This document shows, piece after piece, positions 1-9,800 of a DNA stretch of 64,000 bases. Position numbers and translations under genes: made by a program. The DNA is taken from contig JBHLLF010000006.1 of NCBI GenBank assembly GCA_048885865.1, positions 1 through 64,000 of the forward strand, read 5' to 3'. This stretch comes from Candidatus Hermodarchaeota archaeon. Its GTDB lineage: Archaea; Asgardarchaeota; Thorarchaeia; Thorarchaeales; Thorarchaeaceae. The notes under the pieces are model-generated. The model had not been told where the DNA came from, made no database searches, and saw only the letters and a program-made list of their open reading frames with translations. The stretch's first letter is position 1, and each line of letters opens with the position of its first letter.

Positions 1-255
1 CCCTACAGAACAGATGGCACTTGCTGGACTCCGACCTGCCACCCAGTAGTTTGTTGGGGGTGTGGTCTCCGATAGAATGGAGACTCCTACTGTGCAGCTT
101 GTCAGCCGTCCGAAATTGCAATAGAGGACTCATCTGCTCCATTATTCTGTGATTCCTGTGGTATAAGAACACCACACATTCCCAAGGAATGAGAGCATCC
201 ACACGAAGGTCAGCCACATGATAATCATCAAGGCTGAGCGTATTATTGAAATGGA

Positions 256-1260
256 ATGCAATGTATCGTAAACTGGTGGCATGTCATAGCAGGCAGAAAG
301 ACTAGACTCTTTGCAGTAATTGCCATCGTAATCTTCATGTCTTGCTCATTGGTAGTCGCTGATTCCGATGCGCATCTCGAATGGGATAATGGATTTCGAT
401 TGGTCAAAGTTTCAACTGGAAAATTGGAATTAAGATACGATGACAATTGGAATTCTCCACGTTTCGGCATTTGGAATGTAACAGCGGCGACGACAGTCTA
501 TCAAGTTTCATTCTGGAATGTATTTGAGGCCTACGACAACAACAGTAATGGAGTATTCGAACCTGAAAATGATAGCCTTGTGGGCTCATGGTTTCACCTC
601 CCAAGGGGTTTTGAGTTTCTTGGATTTGACACTGAAGAAGTAGCTGTAGGTATGGAAGACACTGTTACTGCATTGCACTTCACTCTAGTCAAGACACGAG
701 GGCATTTGCATGAGAATCTATCATCCGTGTCTGACCAGATAACTACGATAGGTGGCCATAGTGAACAGATGAACATCACAATAGAGCTCAATGTTCACTT
801 TCTTCTGATTGAACCAGATAGATTCAAGGTTGGTATCCAAGTGACCGGGTGGAAGTGGACATATATCAATTCGCTCCTTGTCTTCCAATTCACCATACGT
901 GAATCAGAATCTCCTTTGGCAGCAGGAAGAAACACCGCAATCATTAAGCATGAAGGCAACAGATTTGTGTTTGGAGCTGGCTGGATTGAATATGAGGAAA
1001 CAGCAGATCGAAGCAATTCAAGTCTTGATGTCCAAGTGCATGCGTCGCACGGGATTGGAACAGATATTGAAGATGCGCAATCAATCTACTTTGCGTTTCA
1101 GAGATTTGGGAATGAAACCTTGTCTTATGACCCAGTTCTAGGAATCTATGGCGCCCCACCTATTCCCCGAGAAGACTTCAGTCCAGCTTTAGTTTCAGGC
1201 ATTATTATAGTAGTTCTTTGGATGTGTCTGGTTGCATTTGTGAGATATGGAAGGGAATAG
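256..1260 (+). CDS. Secreted, C-terminally membrane-anchored hypothetical (cell-surface) protein
   Basis: N-terminal hydrophobic signal-like segment (LFAVIAIVIFMSCSLVVA), beta-rich body with a DxNxNG loop (DNNSNGVFE) and N-x-S/T sequons, C-terminal TM (ALVSGIIIVVLWMCLVAFV) followed by RYGRE. Start codon uncertain. Confidence 0.7.
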   Translation: MQCIVNWWHVIAGRKTRLFAVIAIVIFMSCSLVVADSDAHLEWDNGFRLVKVSTGKLELRYDDNWNSPRFGIWNVTAATTVYQVSFWNVFEAYDNNSNGVFEPENDSLVGSWFHLPRGFEFLGFDTEEVAVGMEDTVTALHFTLVKTRGHLHENLSSVSDQITTIGGHSEQMNITIELNVHFLLIEPDRFKVGIQVTGWKWTYINSLLVFQFTIRESESPLAAGRNTAIIKHEGNRFVFGAGWIEYEETADRSNSSLDVQVHASHGIGTDIEDAQSIYFAFQRFGNETLSYDPVLGIYGAPPIPREDFSPALVSGIIIVVLWMCLVAFVRYGRE

Positions 1261-1273
1261 CTAATCGAATCTT

Positions 1274-1792
1274 CTACATATTCGCCCGCTGGACCCTGAG
1301 ATCCACCCCAACCACAGCCATACCCCATTTCTCGAATCGAGTATCAAGCTCCCTAGTAACGGCAGATTCAACACGCTCTCTGTTTGTGACAATGTCATCA
1401 TAATCGCGAGCTTCAATTTGCTCAATCATGACGTGCTTTGATGATTGATGAGCAGTAGTCTGATAGTCCTGAAGACTGAGAAAAGCCCGTTCAATGTCCA
1501 CAACACGATATCGAACCTCGCCGACCAGTCCGATAGGAGTTCCATCCCGGCACATTACCTCTCCAGTTTCAACCTCTGCTGTTTGAGCCCTGAGTGATAT
1601 CCTCGCTCCAATCCTGTCAATGATAGGCATCCTCCACACGATGCCTGGACCCCTGACACCCGAGTATTTGCCGAAACGCAGGACTACTATCCGTTCCCAT
1701 TCTGCGAGAACCTTGATTCCTGAGGCGATGAAAATCAGTGTGATGATTATGAGAATCGCTGAAAATAGCAGTGCCATATACGTGGGATCCAA
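1274..1792 (-). CDS. SPFH/band-7 (stomatin-like) membrane protein, short form
   Basis: N-terminal TM followed by IKVLAEWERIVVLRFGKYSGVRGPG...PIIDR and a C-terminal WGMAVVGVDL, typical of stomatin/HflK SPFH domains. Confidence 0.85.
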   Translation of the reverse strand: MDPTYMALLFSAILIIITLIFIASGIKVLAEWERIVVLRFGKYSGVRGPGIVWRMPIIDRIGARISLRAQTAEVETGEVMCRDGTPIGLVGEVRYRVVDIERAFLSLQDYQTTAHQSSKHVMIEQIEARDYDDIVTNRERVESAVTRELDTRFEKWGMAVVGVDLRVQRANM

Positions 1793-1896
1793 TTGAATTA
1801 CTGCCGCCTCCTGATGCTATGAGCTGTTTGGCAAAAGAGGCATATAAAGGCAATTCCAAATCACATCTGATACGAGAAGGGTTATAGGGAGGAAGC

Positions 1897-3315
1897 GTGG
1901 GCCAGCGGGTGTTGATGAAAATGGACTCTGGTGGTCAGCGGGCTATAGAAGTCCGTAGAGCGGCGCTCCTCTCAGTGGTTGCAGCAGCAGCCCTGACCAT
2001 CATTAAGGTTGCTGTCGGCTACATCACTGGTTCATTGGGAATAATCTCAGAAGCTCTCCACAGTCTTCTTGACTTGGCTGCAGCGTGTATCACCTTCTTT
2101 GCAGTAAGGAAGGCATCCCAGGAAGCAGACCGCTCCCATCATTTCGGTCATGGAAAGGTAGAGAACTTTGGAGCACTCGTTGAAACCATTCTAATATGGA
2201 TCACAGCAGGATGGATTCTTTTTGAAGCTGCAAGGGTGATTCAACTGGAGGAGTTCCCGGAGCCAACTCTGATTGGTATTGCCGTAATGGTCATCAGTAT
2301 AGTTGTCAATTATGAAAGGAGCCAGGTTCTCTATTCCGCAGCAGAAAAGCACTCCAGCCAGGCCCTAGAGGCGGATGCGCTTCATTTCATCACAGATGCC
2401 GCCAGCTCTGTGGTGGTTCTTATAGGATTAGCATTTGTTTGGTTTGGAATCCCCATTGCAGATCCGATCTCCGCGATTGGCGTGGCTCTGGTAATACTCT
2501 TCGTATCTTTCCAGCTAGCCAAAAGAGCTGTCGATAACTTGCTTGATCGAGCGCCAGAAGGAATTAATGAGCAGATCATCGAGATCTGCAATAGGATTCC
2601 TGGTGTCATCGAGTGTAATAGAGTGAGAGCACGAGTATCGGGCCATTTCATGTTTCTTGATGTTGTAATCTCAATTGCGGAGAACAGCTCGATAGACGAG
2701 GCTCACCAAATAGCGGATGCCGTAGAGCGAGCTCTAGCAAAACTTGAAGACCATGTTGATGTGATGGTACATATTGAACCGGTTTCTGAGAAGGACACAA
2801 CAACAGCTGAATACAATGCATATGATTTGATTTATCGAGAAATCAAGCGACTGCCAGAGATCAGAGGAGTTCACAAAGTCCGAATTCATGCTATGAGTGG
2901 CAGGCTATACATCTCTGCTGACCTCGAGATGCAACCAGAGTTGACTCTTGGACAAGCTCATGATGTTTCCAGCCAACTTGAACGGAGGCTTGAAGAGAAT
3001 CTCCCTGATTTGGAGAGAGTCACATTTCATCTCGAGGCTGATACTTCTGAGAAGCCAATACACGATGTTACACGCAAACATGAAGAGATGGTGGAAAGAA
3101 TCAAACAGATTATTGAGACTGAAACGCCTGCGCAGGACACACATGGTGTTGTTGTGACTGATGATGGCTCAGGTCTCACGGTTTCGCTGGACTGCAGACT
3201 CGACCCAAATATGTCATTGACAAATAGTCATGAGGTTGCCGAGCAAATTGAAGCAGCAATCAAGAAATCATTCACCAATGTGACTCAAGTCTTCGTTCAT
3301 ATAGAACCGAGATGA
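1897..3315 (+). CDS. Cation diffusion facilitator (CDF) transporter with three C-terminal ZT_dimer-like domains
   Basis: SLGIISEALHSLLD, HHFGHGKVE and LEADALHFITD motifs, then three repeats ending in AH/SH...[V/F]H[I/L]E (VHIEP, FHLEA, VHIEP). Start may be ATG 1915 or 1921. Confidence 0.92.
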   Translation: MGQRVLMKMDSGGQRAIEVRRAALLSVVAAAALTIIKVAVGYITGSLGIISEALHSLLDLAAACITFFAVRKASQEADRSHHFGHGKVENFGALVETILIWITAGWILFEAARVIQLEEFPEPTLIGIAVMVISIVVNYERSQVLYSAAEKHSSQALEADALHFITDAASSVVVLIGLAFVWFGIPIADPISAIGVALVILFVSFQLAKRAVDNLLDRAPEGINEQIIEICNRIPGVIECNRVRARVSGHFMFLDVVISIAENSSIDEAHQIADAVERALAKLEDHVDVMVHIEPVSEKDTTTAEYNAYDLIYREIKRLPEIRGVHKVRIHAMSGRLYISADLEMQPELTLGQAHDVSSQLERRLEENLPDLERVTFHLEADTSEKPIHDVTRKHEEMVERIKQIIETETPAQDTHGVVVTDDGSGLTVSLDCRLDPNMSLTNSHEVAEQIEAAIKKSFTNVTQVFVHIEPR

Positions 3316-3388
3316 ATTTGTAAGGAATTCCGTTGATGTTTTATTCTGCTGTCTACAAGACATAGATGTCAAGCTGGATGCGATTAAG

Positions 3389-4084
3389 TTGTCAGAGTGC
3401 ACAGAATGCACGAAACGAAAAGCTGAGATCAGTTCGGAAGAGCTTTTTCCATGTGTCCTTTGTGGGGAGCCTAGATGCGTAACTCATGCGGTCTGGGTAC
3501 CCTCCCATATCTTGGATAGACCCTTGGACTCAACTCAGGCCATTGTCCAAATGATGTCTGGGAGTTCAGACAAGGGTTGGTACGCCTTCTGTGGTAGAAC
3601 GGGCCATGTTCCAAGAGGTATGCCAATATGGTACGGAAAGGAACGTGATGGGGGAAAGATTGTAGAAGAGATTATGAATCATGAAAAGCCTGAGGGCCTC
3701 GAGATGTTTCCTATGTGGGAGGTAGGATTAGTCGAAGAGAGGTTGGAAAAGCGATGGTCAAAGGGCCATTTCGAGGTAAGCTGTGATATAGCGGCCACCA
3801 TCAATCTCATTCATCGACTCTGGCAAAAGAAAGAAGACCCACGGGCGTTCCTCGTTACATTGCAGACACTTGTGTTTGACAATGTCGCCAGCAAGAAGGC
3901 GATCTTCTTTGGAGCATCAAAAGAGGAGATAAAGAAGGGTATAGGGGAGAATCCAACACTCGCGGATGTAGTGAATTATGTTTGTAGTAGATGTGCTGTG
4001 GTTGCTTGCCTAAATAGGCAGGCACCGTTTCATAATCAGAAACTCTTCAAGAATCTCATCAAAAAGCCTGAACTATTGAAATGA
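3389..4084 (+). CDS. Cys-rich putative zinc-binding hypothetical protein
   Basis: N-terminal CTEC...CVLC-x4-C-x2-H and C-terminal CSRC-x4-C; TTG start; fills the gap between flanking genes. Confidence 0.7.
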   Translation: MSECTECTKRKAEISSEELFPCVLCGEPRCVTHAVWVPSHILDRPLDSTQAIVQMMSGSSDKGWYAFCGRTGHVPRGMPIWYGKERDGGKIVEEIMNHEKPEGLEMFPMWEVGLVEERLEKRWSKGHFEVSCDIAATINLIHRLWQKKEDPRAFLVTLQTLVFDNVASKKAIFFGASKEEIKKGIGENPTLADVVNYVCSRCAVVACLNRQAPFHNQKLFKNLIKKPELLK

Positions 4085-4242
4085 TTCTCCTGCGGCATTC
4101 ATAACAAGAAAGTCAAAAAGGCTTGAATTTTACGACTGGATGATAGGGACCGTCTGGAGAGATGATATGCTAGTCATCCTCCTAGTTCTCGAGAACAATA
4201 GCGCCGAAGCGTATGTGGTGTTGGACATAGTCTTCGGGCGGG

Positions 4243-7200
4243 GTGCTCCCAATGCATGAGAAATCTTGGTCGGATGAAGAACAGTATCGGCTGCTCTTCG
4301 AGAATTTGTCAGATGGAGTCTACAGGACCGATAAGAACGGCATCATAACCATGTGCAGTGATATCGGAGCTGAAATCTTCGGCTATGCGCGTGAAGAAAT
4401 GATAGGTAGGAACTTCGGAAATCTAGTACATCCTGAGGACATGCCAAATATCTTGGAAACCTTCAAAGAGAGTCAGGAGAAGGGGAAGACAATCCCTGGA
4501 GGCATTGAAGCGCGGGGCATCCGGAAAGATGGTACAGTATTCCACTTCCACATCACCAACACTATACTGATGGACGATGGAAAGCCAGCAGGATACCAAT
4601 CGCTCATTCGTGATGTGTCTGAAAGAGTTGCGGCTGCCGAAGCCATTCGTCAGAATGAGCAGAGATACAGGAGCCTATTCGCCAACTCTCCAGTGTCAAT
4701 GTGGGAAGAGGACTTCACTGAGGTAAAGGTATGGCTGGATAATCTTCGGGAAGAAGGAGTCGCAGACTTGAGTGCATACCTAGATGAGAACCCTGATGCA
4801 GTGAAGCATGCCTTATCTCTGGTCAAAGTTGTGGATGTGAATTCGAGATCTGTTGAGATGTTTGAGGCGGAGAACAAAGAACAGCTGCTAGAGAATCTCA
4901 GCGCTCTATTTGTCGATGAAACATACGAAGGATTTGCCCAGGAATTGGTGGCAATCTGGAACGGAGAGCCTGATCGCCTTCAGTTCGAAAGCGTGGGTGT
5001 CACTCTGAAGGGGAAAAAACTGCGTACTGGATTAACTTGGAAAGTTCCTATCCATGAAGGAGAGATGGATCTTTCAGGAGTTATGGTTGCAATATCCGAT
5101 ATATCGCATCGAATGAAATTCGAAGAGGCCCTGAGAGCCTCTGAAGAAAAATACAGAACTATCATTCAATCAATGGAAGATATGGTTTTCGTCTATGACA
5201 AAAACGGACGAAATACGCAGTACTTCGCATCTGATAGTAGTCTGTTAATCGCCCCCCCTGAGGATTTCCTCGGAAAGCATGTCGGGGATTTTCTGCCAGA
5301 AGAAGTGGCAGAGGAATTTCTCGATTGCTTTGACAGGGTAAGGTCAACGAGAGAAGCCGAAAGACTAGACTACAAACTCACAATTCGTGAACAAGCCCTC
5401 TGGTTCCAAGCAAGCATGACTCTTCATGAAGATGATGAGAGTATAGTGGCAGTGGTGCGCGATATCACGGCCCGCAAAGAAATGGAAAACGATCTTCGAG
5501 AGAGTGAGGAGCGGTTTGCAGTATTTGCCAATAATATTCCTGGACCAGTCTTCATAAAGGACGAAGAGTCAAACATGCTTTACGCCAACAAATACATGAA
5601 AGAAACATTTGACGCTGAACAATGGGAGGGCTGTAATACAATAGATCTCTTTCCCGAAGGACTAGCTGAATCCATGATTGCTGACGATCGAAGAGCACTA
5701 TCAGAAGGCCCCGTTCAGGTCCTGCAAAAGGTACCTGACGCAAACGAGAATCTGCATTTCTATCAGACTTCTAAGTTCCCTATCATCAGGGAGGGAAAGC
5801 CAACGCTACTTGGTGGCATCGCCCTTGATGTGACGGATCGCATCCAAGCAGAGGAGGCGATATTGGAGTCCGAGAGGAAATATCGTAGACTCTATGAAAC
5901 CATGGAGGATGGTTTCGTGAGTGCGGATATAGAGGGACGGTACCTCGAGTTCAATGCAGCATATCAGCAGCTCTCTGGGTACTCAGAGGAAGAATTAGGA
6001 GAGAAGACATTTTGGGATCTGACGCCTCCTCAATGGCATGAGATGGAGAAGAGGATTTACAGAGATCAGACACTGGTAAATGGATATTCTGACATCTATG
6101 AAAAGGAGTTATTGAGAAAAGACGGTACGATAATCCCAATTGAACTAAGAGTCACTTTGACCCGAGATGACGAGGGCAATCCAATCGGTACATGGGCAAT
6201 CGTTCGAGATATATCTCTACGGAAAAGGGCCGAAGAAGCGCTACGAGAGGAGAGGGACACTGCTCAACGATATCTAGACATCGCAGGTGCTGCCATTGTA
6301 GTTGTTGATGTTGATGCCAGAATTCACCTCATAAACCGAAAAGGGCTTGAAATAGTAGGATATGAGTCAAGCGAAGTTGTTGGGAAGTCTTGGTTCGATT
6401 ACTTCACGCCCAATGAAAAGGCTCATGAAGAAAGAGAAACTTTGGTAGACATCATTAGGAGTGGGACGGGGTTATCAGGCAAATTCTCCAGAGCTCTTGT
6501 AAACAAGTATGGTGAAGAACGCTTGGTAGCTTGGGAGTTTGAGCTCATTACCAACGATACTGGGAACATCATTGGGATGATAGCCTCTGGCGAGGATATC
6601 ACGGAAAGAGACCGTGCTGAACGCGCGCTAAGGGAATCTGAAGAGCAGTATAAGTCAACACTCTGGGCAATCAGTGATGCAATTCACGTGGTAGATACAG
6701 ATTTGAGAATCCTTCTAGCAAATCCCTATCTTGAAGGCTGGCTGGAGAGCCTGAATCTCGGTCTAGACTTTCTAGGCAAGAGAATAGATGAAGCTTTTCC
6801 ATTCCTTCCTGAGTCGATTATAGACGAGTACAGGACGGTCTTTCAGACTGGTGAGATTTTCACCAATGAAGAGAGGAATGTTCTTGGAGGACGGGAGATT
6901 ATCACCGAAACCACGAAGATTCCAATAATACGAGAAGGAAGGGTTGTACAGGTAGTCACGATAATCAGGGATGTTACTGAAGCTAGACTTGCGGACCAGG
7001 CACTGAGGAACTCGGAAGCGAAATACAAACAGCTAGTCGAACAATACACACAGGGAGTAGCGATAGTTCAAGGACCGCCACTCAAGATTGCTTTTGTAAA
7101 TGCGGCTCTAGGCAGAATCCTTGATGTGGAACCTGAAGAGATAATGGCATTCACTCCAGATGAGATACAGGCAATCATCCATCCTGATGACTTCAATGAG

Positions 7201-8844
7201 ATATTGAAGCGATTCAATGGGTTGATGGAAGGTAATCCTGCGGGCGATGATCCATTCGGATTCAGATTCGTAAGACCCAGTGGTGAGATTCGTATGGTTG
7301 AATTACTGGGACGCAGGGTTGAATATGAAGGGGATTTTGCAATCCAGATTGCCGTGGCAGACGTTACTGACAGGATTAAGACTGAGAGAGAACTCAGAGA
7401 GTCTGAGGAGCGATATAGAAAGCTGGCAGAGGAATCACTCCAAGGACTCGCTATTATTCAAGATGGAAGATATGTCTATGCCAATCCTTCTTTTGCTAGA
7501 ACCCTAGGACACAGCGTTAATGAAATTCTCCAATTTACAGCTGATGAGGTCTGGGCGCGTGTCCATCCAGCTGATCGGGCTGAGCTGCGTCGCAGAAACG
7601 AGGACATCAAAACTGGGCGCGCACCGGCACCACGTCACAGATTCCGCTATGTCAGAGAAGATGGTGAGATCAGATGGGTGGAGTCTTTTGTGGGCCAAAT
7701 AGAGTATGAAGGGAGGCCTGCGATTCAGGTATTAGACATTGACATAACTAGCCGGATGATGTCTGAGAAGGCACTTCGAGATAGCGAGGCAAAGTACCGT
7801 CAGCTGGTGGAGCAGACAGCTCTTGGAATCATGATTGTTGAAGGGCTGCCACTGCGTATTGCATTTGCCAACGATGCTATGGCGAAGATATCTGGATTCA
7901 CCGTTGAGGAGTTGCAGTCATTATCTCAGGAACAGATTGAAGGTTTCATTCATCCCGAGGATTTTGAATCAGTCCTTGAAATGATGTCTGCAGCGTTGAG
8001 TGGAGAACCTCTGATTGATGCCCCATTAACAATCCGAGTCATTCGCAGTGATGGAAAGATGGTTTGGGTTGAAGTCCTTGGTGATAGAATCGAGTTCCAG
8101 GATCGAATAGCCATTCAAGCAACTATAGTTGACATCACAGACCGTGTTATTGCAGGAAGAGAGAAAGAAAAGGCTGAGCAAGAACTGAAGACCGCAGCAG
8201 AAACATCCATGCTATATTTGGACCTATTGGGCCATGACATGCGAAACAGGCTTCAAGCAATGCAGATGGCTGTTGAGCTCTTCCAGTTCGATGAAACGAG
8301 ACCTCATGCGGTTTCCGTACTAGAGCGAGTGCTGGAGCTGATAGATTCTTCTGAGGCTTTGATAGACAAAGCACAAGCGACACGTGGCCTTTTATCAGCA
8401 CCTATGGAAATTGTGTCCCTCTATGACGCACTGAAGGAAACCACGAATATCTTTCGAGCAAAAGAGGAAGATGTCGAAATTGAGGTTGATTGTCGAGCCA
8501 CGGAGGCTAATGTGGTAGCAGATGAGTATCTTGGACACCTCCTAACGAATGTGATTGAAAACGCCATCATTCACAATCCAGAAGAAAAGAAACATGTCTG
8601 GGTGACTTTGACAGAAGACCGGGGTGGCTTTGAGGTTTCTATCGCTGACAACGGCGAAGGTGTACCCGATTCGATGAAGGATGTTCTCTTCGATCAGGAG
8701 AGAAGATATGGGGGACTGGGTCTTCATCAGGCCAAACGGATTCTTGCCAAGTATGGTGGTAAGATAGAAGTTGCCGATAGAGTCCCAGGAGTCCCCAGCA
8801 AGGGTGCCCTCTTCAGACTCTGGTTCCCGAAGCGAGTATTGTAA
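4243..8844 (+). CDS. Soluble multi-PAS (10 PAS) sensor histidine kinase
   Basis: Ten PAS/PAC units, each ending in RD[I/V][T/S]-like linkers. H-box LGHDMRN, N-box LTNVIENAIIHN, G1 IADNGEGVP, G2 GGLGLHQAK. No TM segment. Start may be ATG 4252. Confidence 0.95.
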   Translation: MLPMHEKSWSDEEQYRLLFENLSDGVYRTDKNGIITMCSDIGAEIFGYAREEMIGRNFGNLVHPEDMPNILETFKESQEKGKTIPGGIEARGIRKDGTVFHFHITNTILMDDGKPAGYQSLIRDVSERVAAAEAIRQNEQRYRSLFANSPVSMWEEDFTEVKVWLDNLREEGVADLSAYLDENPDAVKHALSLVKVVDVNSRSVEMFEAENKEQLLENLSALFVDETYEGFAQELVAIWNGEPDRLQFESVGVTLKGKKLRTGLTWKVPIHEGEMDLSGVMVAISDISHRMKFEEALRASEEKYRTIIQSMEDMVFVYDKNGRNTQYFASDSSLLIAPPEDFLGKHVGDFLPEEVAEEFLDCFDRVRSTREAERLDYKLTIREQALWFQASMTLHEDDESIVAVVRDITARKEMENDLRESEERFAVFANNIPGPVFIKDEESNMLYANKYMKETFDAEQWEGCNTIDLFPEGLAESMIADDRRALSEGPVQVLQKVPDANENLHFYQTSKFPIIREGKPTLLGGIALDVTDRIQAEEAILESERKYRRLYETMEDGFVSADIEGRYLEFNAAYQQLSGYSEEELGEKTFWDLTPPQWHEMEKRIYRDQTLVNGYSDIYEKELLRKDGTIIPIELRVTLTRDDEGNPIGTWAIVRDISLRKRAEEALREERDTAQRYLDIAGAAIVVVDVDARIHLINRKGLEIVGYESSEVVGKSWFDYFTPNEKAHEERETLVDIIRSGTGLSGKFSRALVNKYGEERLVAWEFELITNDTGNIIGMIASGEDITERDRAERALRESEEQYKSTLWAISDAIHVVDTDLRILLANPYLEGWLESLNLGLDFLGKRIDEAFPFLPESIIDEYRTVFQTGEIFTNEERNVLGGREIITETTKIPIIREGRVVQVVTIIRDVTEARLADQALRNSEAKYKQLVEQYTQGVAIVQGPPLKIAFVNAALGRILDVEPEEIMAFTPDEIQAIIHPDDFNEILKRFNGLMEGNPAGDDPFGFRFVRPSGEIRMVELLGRRVEYEGDFAIQIAVADVTDRIKTERELRESEERYRKLAEESLQGLAIIQDGRYVYANPSFARTLGHSVNEILQFTADEVWARVHPADRAELRRRNEDIKTGRAPAPRHRFRYVREDGEIRWVESFVGQIEYEGRPAIQVLDIDITSRMMSEKALRDSEAKYRQLVEQTALGIMIVEGLPLRIAFANDAMAKISGFTVEELQSLSQEQIEGFIHPEDFESVLEMMSAALSGEPLIDAPLTIRVIRSDGKMVWVEVLGDRIEFQDRIAIQATIVDITDRVIAGREKEKAEQELKTAAETSMLYLDLLGHDMRNRLQAMQMAVELFQFDETRPHAVSVLERVLELIDSSEALIDKAQATRGLLSAPMEIVSLYDALKETTNIFRAKEEDVEIEVDCRATEANVVADEYLGHLLTNVIENAIIHNPEEKKHVWVTLTEDRGGFEVSIADNGEGVPDSMKDVLFDQERRYGGLGLHQAKRILAKYGGKIEVADRVPGVPSKGALFRLWFPKRVL

Positions 8845-8931
8845 AGTCTCTATTACCGATCCGACTCTCATGCTACAGGATCATGGTAGAAGACAGGTGC
8901 CAACCAGTCTGGCATAATCACGCATTTTTCA

Positions 8932-9786
8932 CTAGTCTTCACCGATATAGTGAACCTTCGCGAACCTGTATCTCTCTGGATGCACTCGTGCCTGTTCTTT
9001 ACTCATCTCGCGAAGCTCAATTTTTAGGCTCTTTCTTGCACCGTCTATCCAAAGCTCTCTAGCTGCCCGCGCTGAAATGCTAGCTGCAGCCACAGCAATC
9101 TCATCCTCTGCTTTATGGCGTTGCACCAATTGGACTTCCCCAAGGTCCATGACCCGACTCAATCGTTCTCTGGTCTTTTCTCGCGCGAACTCATCAACAA
9201 CAATCTGTATGCCAATTTCAGAGGAGGGTCCGATTTCATTATACACATTGAAGACAGCAATAGAATGGGCCCAAGCCAGCAAATCATTGAGGTTCTTGCC
9301 CTCGGCATGAAGCTCAGCTAAACGTGTGTTGAATTTCTCAGGCGATATCAGGACGATGTATCGGGACATGCTATGCTCCTTGATTAGGGAATCCAAGTCT
9401 ATAATCCTCTGCACAGATAGGGCTTTACTGTCCATCACTCCATGTGCCCTCAAGATTCTGGATTGTTCAGGGGAAACAGCCGCTGCTGAAACAACAAGGG
9501 GTCCAAGCCACTCACCTTTCCCAGCCTCGTCTGAACCAATTACGATATCAAACCTGTCGCGATCCTCCATCTCAAGGACTGTATCTTTCAGAAGGGATTC
9601 AGCGAGCAATCCTGAGGCTACAACCTTTCCACTTGTGTAGCCAATGATGGTCCCACCAGCACACTTCACTCGAAAAGATTCGTATTGATTGGTTGGCTTC
9701 GCTTCTGTGACTTGTGAGCTTCTGAATAGCAAATGATTGAGTTCCTGTAATCGGTCTGATTCAATTTTGACTACAAGTGGGGACAA
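8932..9786 (-). CDS. rnhC: Ribonuclease HIII
   Basis: N-terminal TBP-like extension (YTSGKVVASG), catalytic IGSDEAGKGEWLGPLVV, GVMDSK, VVDEF, KAED, AAASISAR and C-terminal FAKVHY. Confidence 0.88.
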   Translation of the reverse strand: MSPLVVKIESDRLQELNHLLFRSSQVTEAKPTNQYESFRVKCAGGTIIGYTSGKVVASGLLAESLLKDTVLEMEDRDRFDIVIGSDEAGKGEWLGPLVVSAAAVSPEQSRILRAHGVMDSKALSVQRIIDLDSLIKEHSMSRYIVLISPEKFNTRLAELHAEGKNLNDLLAWAHSIAVFNVYNEIGPSSEIGIQIVVDEFAREKTRERLSRVMDLGEVQLVQRHKAEDEIAVAAASISARAARELWIDGARKSLKIELREMSKEQARVHPERYRFAKVHYIGED

Positions 9787-9800
9787 AGCTAATCCTCCGA

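Noticed and set aside
1-255. Partial gene at the window start
   Set aside because: Open frames exist on both strands but none has a recognisable motif, so no call is possible.
4140-4259. 39-aa upstream ORF overlapping the kinase start (MIGTVWRDD...GAPNA)
   Set aside because: Short, no motif and no clear RBS; it cannot be distinguished from chance.
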